Shown one piece after another: positions 54,641 to 64,000 of a DNA stretch of 64,000 nucleotides. The DNA is from Octopus sinensis (lineage: Eukaryota). The stretch spans positions 34,534,001 through 34,598,000 of the forward strand of contig NC_042999.1 in NCBI RefSeq assembly GCF_006345805.1, given 5' to 3'. How positions within the stretch are numbered: the stretch's first letter is position 1; each line of letters begins with the position of its first letter. The translations under genes and the position numbers were made by a program. The notes below the pieces were generated by a model, which had not been told where the DNA came from, did not search any database, and saw nothing but the letters and a program-made list of their open reading frames with translations.

Positions 54641-54985
54641 ACCGGAGTAAACACATAAATGTGAAACAGGGTGGAAAAAAGAGTACTCAAATACCAGTGG
54701 TAGAGTAATATGCTTTATTTTAAGCAGCAGAAAATTCAACAAAATCTGTTACTCTGAGTTTCTCGTTGCCGTTCATCAGACAGTTTTTGCTAGAATGGAA
54801 CCGATATATCAATTCAATCTAGACTCTTACAAACGCTACACCTTTAAAAAGAAATGGACTTGTTTGATTGGCCCTTTAGAAAAAACGGTCAATCTTCGAG
54901 CGATAAACAAAAAGGTCAAAAATATATGTATATATATATAAAAATACTTATAAAAATTATAAAATTTTCTGCTGCTTAAAATAAA

Positions 54986-54987
<2 letters not shown>
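54641..54987 (-). mobile_element. Non-autonomous PLE-type repeat with 5' inversion
   Basis: Inverted repeat 54713-54736/54963-54986; hammerhead on the minus strand; flanked by (TA)n. Confidence 0.65.
54746..54783 (-). ncRNA. Minimal type I hammerhead motif, core intact
   Basis: Minus strand CTGT-CTGATGA-A CG GCAA CG A-GAAA-CTC A GAG-TA-ACAG: 4-bp stem I, GUA triplet, near-palindromic stem III, weak helix II. Confidence 0.68.
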
Positions 54988-55023
<36 letters not shown>

Positions 55024-55049
55024 TTCACATCCTAACCGATTCATCTACC

Positions 55050-55690
55050 TATATTCGCAGTCTGAAGAGATTTACTTAAACCAGTAAATTGAAAGGATCG
55101 TAAATGTGATAAAAGCTGGATCTAGCGTATGTTCCAGAGATAAAGAGACAGAGTACCCAATAAAAGCATTCTGGCTCCACCACACCCAAAGAGGCAAAGC
55201 AAGTCAACCGAAAATCTCATGATGGCCCTCTTTATTAACAGCAAAGGTATCATCTACATCCACTGGGTTCCTCCAAGCCAAACGGTCAATAAACTGTTAT
55301 TTATGGTGGGTTTATGGAATTAAGATCAAACCTCTTCAACGCGGGTGGTGGCACCGGCACCAGGGCATTGTCCCGGAAAACAATTCCGTCCTCGTAACCA
55401 ACTAATTCACAGAGATGACCATCAACAAACACTGACTCTCACCCTCCCTACAGTCCAGATCCTGGCTGTTTTCTAAGCTGAAGAAAATCCTCAGTCGCTG
55501 TGTCAAGGGTTCAGGACTCCTTCATTTTGGAGGACTTCTATGGGTCCTTCTCAAAGTGGTTGAAGCAAAATATCAAATGCGTTGAAGTGGAAGGAACCAA
55601 ATTTGAAATTGATTAGAATTTTGTACTTCTTTAAAATTAATAAATGTCTCTCTTGAACATGTCTCAAAACTTCTGGAATGCCTCACCTAC
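55050..55690 (+). mobile_element. Mariner 3' half, decayed
   Basis: MMALFINSKGIIYIHWVPPSQTVNK and HPPYSPD motifs. Confidence 0.85.
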
Positions 55691-56123
55691 ACCATATTTG
55701 TACTATATATGTACTTTAAAGATTATGTAACCAAATAAACAACTCTTCTACTATATTATATATTCACTTTAATGAAAGAATCACTACTAGAGCAATTATT
55801 CTGAACGTTAGTGTAACGAGAAAGAAACTTTAAAACCCTTATTAGACAAATATCTTTAAAGGCTCCTTTTTTCTATCGACTGACGCAATTTATTCCGGAA
55901 ACTTATTATGCAGGATCCCACAGGCATTTTCTCCATGGCGATGGAAGCATGCAATTTTTTTATCTTGGAGAATCGATAACTGAGATTTTGTTTCTTGAAA
56001 TATGTATATGCGTCTGTTTGGCGTGTGTGTGTGTGTGTATGTGTGCGTGCGTGTGTGTTCGGGTAGTTGTGTTTTGCGTGTATATGTGTGTGTGTGCGTG
56101 GGTGCTAGAGTGAGTGCATTCCT

Positions 56124-56175
<52 letters not shown>

Positions 56176-57067
56176 GTGAACACGACATGATTAATTTACT
56201 TACAGCTAGAAGGAAATGCAGATGTAGTGAGAATATTGAAATATTTGTAAAGATTATATATATTTTTGAGCAGAATCGGTAACAAACGTAACTGTCACTT
56301 GACAGTATTCAAGGGATATACTTGGCATAAAAAAAGAAAAATAAACAAAATGCAAATATGAAAAGTTAAAAAATAGAAAAGAGCTGTAACATGTTTAGAT
56401 ACAGTAACTGATAGACATATGTGTTATAAGTATTTTATAACATATACAAAATATATCCATTCGATATTTTCACATGAACTTGATACTTCATTGATGAAAA
56501 GAAATCCAAGTTGTAACGCAGTAAAACGAAGACGTATGAAAGCAAAACTAATGCTTAATCGTAAACTTTCTCAGCTCTATTGTAAGAGGAACCGAACGTG
56601 GATTTAGCAATTTAGCCCTTTGGAACTTAAACATCTATAATAATCTGCAACTATAAACATCTATAATATACTGCAATGCTAGAACTTGTGAAATACATTT
56701 AGTGAATTAACCCACATTTATTCTCCCATAATGATTTTCAAATCCAGTTGAGAGTTAAGTTGTTACTAATTCTTAGTAGCTTCAACATCTGCAGTATCTG
56801 TGTCTTCGGTTGAGAATGTAGGATTATTTTATCAAACCTATGTGCATTTTAAACGTTAATTAGTGGGTTCAAAAACCAAACTCCTTAATTTTCATTATTT
56901 CAAACCCTAAATATTCTATGCCGATATACTAGAGCTTGAAAACGTCTAGTACAATTAACATATCATTATATTTACATTACACGTCAACTGAATTCAGATG
57001 TCTGTAGATTAAAAAACAACGATGATATTTTAATTAAAATGTCTAAGTGAAATGCATGGAAAGCGTG

Positions 57068-58258
57068 TATAGTTCTATATTTGAGAGATGAGGAATTATG
57101 TACATTGACGGATATTTGTCCTCATCTTCTTTGTTTTTACACAATATTTCGGATGATGGGAGAATTTCAAACACAGATTCTCATCCCTACGTTATTTTTC
57201 CGACGTTATCATTATTTACGTCACACGAAATCTTGTGGTTAGCAGCCCGCGCTCTTAACCACTACACCATATGCTCGTAGGTATTTATGGTGTGAATTTT
57301 AGGGCTTATAAATCTAATATTTTCCTATGCTTCCTTAATACCTGTTCCCTTATGCTACGCTACTCATAACTGCACTAGGTCTGCTTAAGAGGTCATTATG
57401 TCCTTGCATATGTGCTGCCTCTTTTAGTTTTCGTATTTTCCAATAGTGTTCTCTGTGTAATATTTTATTTTCATCCCACAAGGAGAGGTAGTCTCCGTTT
57501 TTCCTTACATAATCAGCTATACCAGATTTATCAATATCTCTTCGTGTCACAGATTTGCAATGTTCCTCTACCCTTATTTTGATGGAGCGGCATGTGTTGC
57601 CTTTGTATAACGTACCACAGCTGCATGTGATGGACTACACGCAGTTCTCGGTCATATTTTCTTCTAAGGATGGTTTTACTCGAAGGAGATATTTGCGAAG
57701 TGTTGCATTACTCTTGAATACTGTCCTGATGTCATATGGGCCGCATATCTTTTGTATCTCTTCTGAGAGGCCTTTCACACAGGGGAGATAGACTATGATC
57801 CGTTTATGGGTTTCAACCTCTCTTCTCTTCATATATGGAGTGGATGGTATGTTTTGGGGGTAGTTGTTGCTTAATAGATTGTTACTTAGCTTGATCATTT
57901 CTTCGTGGCGTGTATGAAGATTGTTACTTATATTCTTTGCTTGATGTTTTAGGCACTGGGCAATCCCCCTCTTTACAATGTATGGATGGTGGGAATTGAA
58001 GTAGAGGTATCGTCCAGTAAAATTTGGCTTGCCGTATACGGATTCCTGGATCCATACTTGGTGCGTATTATTGATATATCCAGGAATGCTAGCTGGTTGT
58101 CTTTCTCCTTTTCCATTGTGAACTGTATGGATGGTCTTATTGAGTTCACATGATCTAACAGTACTTGGACATCTTCCTGGTGGGGCCAGAGTATAAAGGT
58201 GCCCTCAACACATTGCAGCCATAGGGTTGGTTTTAGTGGTGTTGATCAGTAGGCATCC
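57068..58258 (-). mobile_element. Penelope-like element (Penelope/Poseidon-type), 5'-truncated, decayed
   Basis: RT thumb IQFTMEKEKDNQLAFLDI; linker VYLPCVKGLSEEIQKI; GIY-YIG region with C-terminal WKIRKLKEA; 3' non-coding region contains a tRNA-like head at 57222-57276. Confidence 0.9.
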
Positions 58259-58261
58259 AGA

Positions 58262-58855
58262 CTATTACCTTAGTAACGGAGATAAATTATGCAGAATGGA
58301 GTCGCTTTACACAGATTAATCTTAACCTCTGCTGTGTATGTTTAATATATTTTGACGTTCTAGCTCACTTCCACTGTTTACAGCAGTGCTTGGAAAGAAG
58401 GTATGTGGCCTGCGATCGTCGTATTGATTAAGACATTGAAAGTTGTCGTGGCGATACCCGTTCAGAGGTTTAAACTAAATTGTAGAAAGTGCATGTGGCG
58501 GACTGTATGAGCCGCACACACGAGTACGAGCGGTTCAGACGTTTCCAACATGATCGAATAAATGTCGATATTGACGAACAATTTGGGAGACCCGCAACCA
58601 GCAGTGCTGAGAATAATATCGCAGATGTGCGTGCAGCTCTGAGGGGACATCGTCGAACCATCATCCACGAGTTATCAGAGGATGTGCAGATTAGTTGCGG
58701 TTCAGTTCAATCTATTATCACTGAAGATTTAGGTACGAGTCGTCTGTCTGCCGGGTGTGTGCCAAAACTGTTTTAGCCGACGAAAATGACACTCAGGTTT
58801 CAGTGGCACAAGACCTTGATTCTGTCGAAAACAGTGAAAACTTTTTGAAAACTTT
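58262..58855 (+). mobile_element. Mariner 5' half
   Basis: ORF 58489-58776 FRRFQHDRINVDIDEQFGRP...IHELSEDVQIS.GSVQSIITEDLG..RLSAGCVPKL. Confidence 0.85.
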
Positions 58856-59110
58856 GCGTAGGCTTCTGAGCAGATATCGCCAAGCTTTGGCAAAATTTTA
58901 TGCACATTCTCTGCTCAACTTTCTCTGTCATGTTCAATGAGACGATCACGCGCTACATAACTCCATTTCAAGCAGGGTTGTAAACACTGCGAGTTAGAAC
59001 GTTAAAACTTAGTTTTCATGCAGAGCAGAGATCGCGTCTGAGTGAAGCCGCCTTACTCTCCGTGATTTAGCTTCGTTACTATAGCAACAGTACGGACATC
59101 AGTCTACGTA
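58856..59110 (-). mobile_element. Related mariner 5' end in opposite orientation
   Basis: Minus strand MTEKVEQ..CIKFCQSLGDICSEAYAK; 5' UTR aligns loosely with 58270-58420. Confidence 0.75.
59075..59088. promoter_or_regulatory. RFX X-box-consensus motif inside the mariner 5' UTR
   Basis: GTTACTATAGCAAC matches GTHNYYATRRNAAC. Confidence 0.45.
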
Positions 59111-59399
59111 CAGCCATTTCGCAACCTTCTTCATGTAGTAATAATTTCGTTGCAGGAGAAATTATGCTTAGTTATTTACATTGATATACAAGCTCAGCAT
59201 TATACAATGCGATAGTATATTCACAAGCCAAAGCAAATAAAGAAAGGTGACTGAGTGGATCGTCAGATCATCATGCTTAAAACAATGATTCAACTTTCTG
59301 TATTGGATTACTAAGTGGAAGGTCAGAAGAATCAGTAAACGGTGTTTCACACGATAGCCACACGATTCTCAGAATTGATGCCGATTTTTACAAATTCTG

Positions 59400-59791
<392 letters not shown>

Positions 59792-59802
59792 GACACACAC
59801 AC

Positions 59803-59877
<75 letters not shown>

Positions 59878-59929
59878 GTATGTATGTATCTATGTATGCA
59901 TGTATATGTACACAAAGAAGCAAACTTGT

Positions 59930-59985
<56 letters not shown>

Positions 59986-60634
59986 CATACATATTACTTT
60001 AACGACTCACAAATTTAATTATGCCGTAAAAGCCCTATTATGACATTGTCTACTTTTTATTCTTAAGCAAGTCACCCAAAGGTTGCCACCAAAAACTTGA
60101 TATTCTTAGTCATCCTATTTCTATTCCAGCTATCAACGTCTAGCTCGAGTTTTTATCGAACACAACACCGATTTATTTCAAACTTAATACCGGACGAACA
60201 ATTAGTCCTAAGGCGGCTTTAACAGTTGCAATACAGGTGATGTGATTGGGTTGTAAGATGAGACGAGCCAAGGCAGATAAAAAGAAAATTATGTTTGATG
60301 ATTGAATATTTTATCAGATGAGTGAAAGACAGCTAAGCAACGTCACAAGAAATAATTCATCGTTCACAAGCACTTCTACAACATTTCAAGTTAAGAAGAA
60401 TTCGAGATAGCTCAATAGAACGCCAAGATTTTTGTTCGGAAGCACGTATTAACCTAAGCTAGGAATTTAGTTTCACACCTGAACTGGCAGCCCAGATATC
60501 TAGGCTCCATATGTCAAATATATAGTTTAACAGCCATTTATACGAGCAGACACACACACATACACAGACATACACAGACACTCACGCACACACACACACA
60601 GACACAGACACACACATACACACACACACACATG

Positions 60635-60679
<45 letters not shown>

Positions 60680-60683
<4 letters not shown>

Positions 60684-60706
60684 AGAGCGATAGATAGATA
60701 GATAGC

Positions 60707-60738
<32 letters not shown>

Positions 60739-60786
60739 CAGACAGATAGATAGATAGAAGATAGATAGATAGATAGATAGATAGAC

Positions 60787-60823
<37 letters not shown>

Positions 60824-60824
60824 T

Positions 60825-60877
<53 letters not shown>

Positions 60878-60902
60878 CAGATATATAGATAGATAGATAG
60901 AT
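60680..60902. repeat. (GATA)n microsatellite
   Basis: Direct inspection; abuts the Tx1 3' end. Confidence 0.97.
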
Positions 60903-62605
60903 ATGTTTCTTTATTAGCCACACAGGGCTGCACACAGATAGAACAAATTACAAGGTAGAGCTTTTCTTTTGGGGGTAAAAAAAGGAGAGTGGTGGTTTTC
61001 GATCAAAAGGGATCGTAAAAGGAAGGAAAAAGGACAAAAAAATGGGAGGGGTTAAAAAAGGGGGGGAGAAAAAAAATGAATAATAGGGATCGTTATCACA
61101 GAAATGTCAATATGAAGTGTAAAGGGGAGGACAGATGAGGTTTACCCGTGGAAAGAAAAGCCTACGGAAAAGACCACGGTAACCTCGGTCAATGAAGTCA
61201 CATGTTATATTTCTTTTTTTTTTGCAAATAAGCAACTCTCTGTATTAATTTTTATGGTTCATAGAATCATAGTCAAGGTGGCTTCGTCATTCATACGTGC
61301 CATCCTTGCTACATTCACCCATCTTTTTTTAAAACATTCACTAGACAAAACTTGCCTCTCTACTCTCAAGTGATACTTGAAGAAGTTGATGAGAGATTGA
61401 CCAGAGAGGAAAGTGTTTGTCTCTAATCCTTTCAGGCGCGTCCACCAGATACATTCTTTCGCCATAGCCACAAGTATGATAAAAATAGCTCTTCCTTCCC
61501 GTTTGAAGGAAGGAGGCGTGACGATATTAACTATAGACTCGGCTGATAAACCGACACGTCCCACACGTGACAGCAGTCGATCGACATAAGCCCACAGGTC
61601 GGAAATTGCTGGACACTGCACGATTGCGTGCAGAGCGGTTTCGTCGCTCTGACCGCATCTCGGGCAGGTCGGCCCCGTGTTTCTCGAGCCATGCCTATAG
61701 AGCTTATCCCGAACGGGTAGCGCTTCTCGGTAGTACCGCCAGGCCAGGGATCTCTGGAAGTTGTCCATAGGTCCCGGGCCGAAAGTCGTTTGAAACAGGC
61801 GTGTCAGGTATTCCTCGTCGACGCCCAGGTTTGCCCCGAGCTCGTCGTCGTACCTCCCCTCCACTAATCCCCTATAGAATGCTTTGGTTGTGTTGAAGTC
61901 ACTCAAGGTCGACCCGGGACGGCAGAGTTGCTTGAGAGCAACGCGACACTCGCGGTGCCAATAGCCCTTCCTCGGCCTCTTTTTGATCCACGACTGTAGT
62001 TCGGTCATGGAGACGAGTTGCGGGAATGCGTGCCTCACAAACGGCGACCACACCTGTTCACCGTCGTCTACATAGAGCCGGAGATGTCGCAGTCTCAGCG
62101 CGTGTCTGCGCATCATCAACCACGGCATGCCCAGCCCCCTTTTAACGGGTGTTGACAGCAAATAGATCGCCTGACCATCGGGACGCATCCTTTCCACAAG
62201 AAGCGGAAAAGGATGCGTTCTAGTTTGGTGATGGTAGGGTCGGGACAAGGTACGACGGTCAGGCGGTAGTAGATGATGGACGCGATGTACGCGTTCACCA
62301 CCTCCGCCCGACCTTTTAGGGACAGTTTCCTCTCGGCCCATTGCTGGGCGAGAGTCACCACCCTACTCGTTATCTCGTTCCAGTTCTTCTCCATTTGGAG
62401 GTCCGGACCGAACCAGACCCCGAGCAACTCAACCGGGCCGTCTGTCCAGCGTCCCACGACGGAGGTACTGGTGGACGGCATGGGCTTGCTTCTCCAGGTG
62501 AGGAGCCGCAAGCCCACTGACTTTTCCCGGTTGATTTTTGCTCCTGTCACCGCTTCGTAGTCTTTCAGTGTCTCGCCGACCCGCTCGATGTGCTCGTGGC
62601 TTGAC

Positions 62606-62606
<1 letters not shown>
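60903..62606 (-). mobile_element. Tx1/L1-clade LINE, 5'-truncated, young, within (GATA)n
   Basis: GAKINREKS, LLGVWFG, KLSLKGRAEVVN, GGLGMP and zf-RVT CPRCGQSDETALHAIVQC; a single frameshift near 62135; AATAAA just before the 3' end; CpG-rich. Confidence 0.93.

Positions 62607-62693
<87 letters not shown>
62607..62693. repeat. (GATA)n microsatellite
   Basis: Direct inspection; abuts the Tx1 5' truncation point. Confidence 0.97.
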
Positions 62694-62694
<1 letters not shown>

Positions 62695-62920
62695 TAAGTA
62701 TTTTTTCCGGATAAAAATTCATCGTCCATTTAGGGCATTATTCCCTACGTATCGTAGTGTTTTTGTTTTTTCATACTTTATTTCAGAAATTCGTTTCATT
62801 TCCGTATGAATATATATAAATGAAAAACATTAGAATAATCAATTTATTAGACGGCGTTCAATAAATGTCATGACATAAATGGAACAGTTTTTCATGCTAA
62901 CATATATATGCATACATATA

Positions 62921-62988
<68 letters not shown>

Positions 62989-63024
62989 TCATATATATAT
63001 ATATGTATATACATATATATATAT

Positions 63025-63069
<45 letters not shown>

Positions 63070-63424
63070 CAAACATATATATATATATGTTTGTATATAT
63101 ATATATATATTCATATATGTATGTATATACATATATATATATATTCACTGATGTTGGCTATGCATTTTTTGGTGGGCCTGAAATCGATCGATATGGTATC
63201 ATTTCTTTATTAGTTGTGATTTTTATTCACAAGATAGGTATTTTTTCGCTCATTCCCTTGGTTTCACCAGTACAGGTGATTTAAAGACATCATGACTTCT
63301 ATTTTCAGAATGGGGCTACTTCTCCCAGTACCCTTCGTTATAATTGTATATATTTATTTATAGTCATAGACATTATATCAAGTTTTACCTCTAGGGTCTT
63401 TATGCGTGCTAGACACTGATATTT

Positions 63425-63616
63425 TTCTTCTTCTTCTTCTTCTTCTTCTTCTTCTTCTTCTTCTTCTTCTTCTTCTTCTTCTTCTTCTTCTTCTTCTTCT
63501 TCTTCTTCTTCTTCTTCTTCTTCTTCTTCTTCTTCTTTTTCTTCTTCTTCTCCTTCTTCTTCTACTTTTTCTTTTTATTATTATTATTATTAGTAGTAGT
63601 AGTCGTAGTAGTAGTC

Positions 63617-63681
<65 letters not shown>
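63425..63681. repeat. Compound (TTC)n-(TTA)n-(TAG)n microsatellite
   Basis: Direct inspection. Confidence 0.97.
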
Positions 63682-63682
<1 letters not shown>

Positions 63683-63917
63683 TCATCATTATTTAATAAT
63701 AATGGTAATTTTATCCTTTATATATATACACAGATACATGCGCGTACACACGTACACACAACCAGGCATATTATACGCATCTTTTAACATTACTTTTTTT
63801 TAAATTCTGCTACTTATTCTAACGTTTTCATTTGGCGAACCACTATCTTAGGGGGATGTTAACACAAATAACACCAGCGGTCAAAAGGTGGAGAGAGACG
63901 AACACAAACACACACCG

Positions 63918-63950
<33 letters not shown>

Positions 63951-64000
63951 CTGTCTGTGTGTGTGTGCGTCTGTCTGTGTGTGTGTCTGTCTGTGTGTGT

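Overview
Eukaryotic, very AT-rich DNA saturated with repeats. The SINE families and the (TA)n/(GATA)n/(TAA)n load are most consistent with an octopod cephalopod (inference from family recognition, not a database hit). No host protein-coding gene could be called confidently; there are only a few weak exon candidates. Most ORF-track entries are microsatellite read-through. Mobile DNA found: three Penelope-like elements (PLEs) with RT and/or GIY-YIG remnants plus several non-autonomous PLE-type terminal repeats; about ten type I hammerhead-ribozyme-like motifs from several unrelated sequence families, one of them (1818-1919) fully canonical; an R4/Dong LINE sitting in (TAA)n; a young Tx1/L1 LINE sitting in (GATA)n; decayed RTE and CR1/L2 pieces; about seven mariner copies or fragments; pogo-like and hAT-like MITEs; a non-autonomous Helitron with a reconstructable empty site; three main tRNA-derived SINE families; and a 1.46 kb tandem duplication. 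Most interesting is the PLE/hammerhead module set. This includes a duplicated 250-bp CCAAT-CRE-TATA-Inr promoter with a Kozak ATG mini-exon and splice donor upstream of a hammerhead remnant (53428-54247), and a PLE whose 3' region carries a tRNA-like head. Coordinates of decayed elements are approximate and identities were judged by eye.
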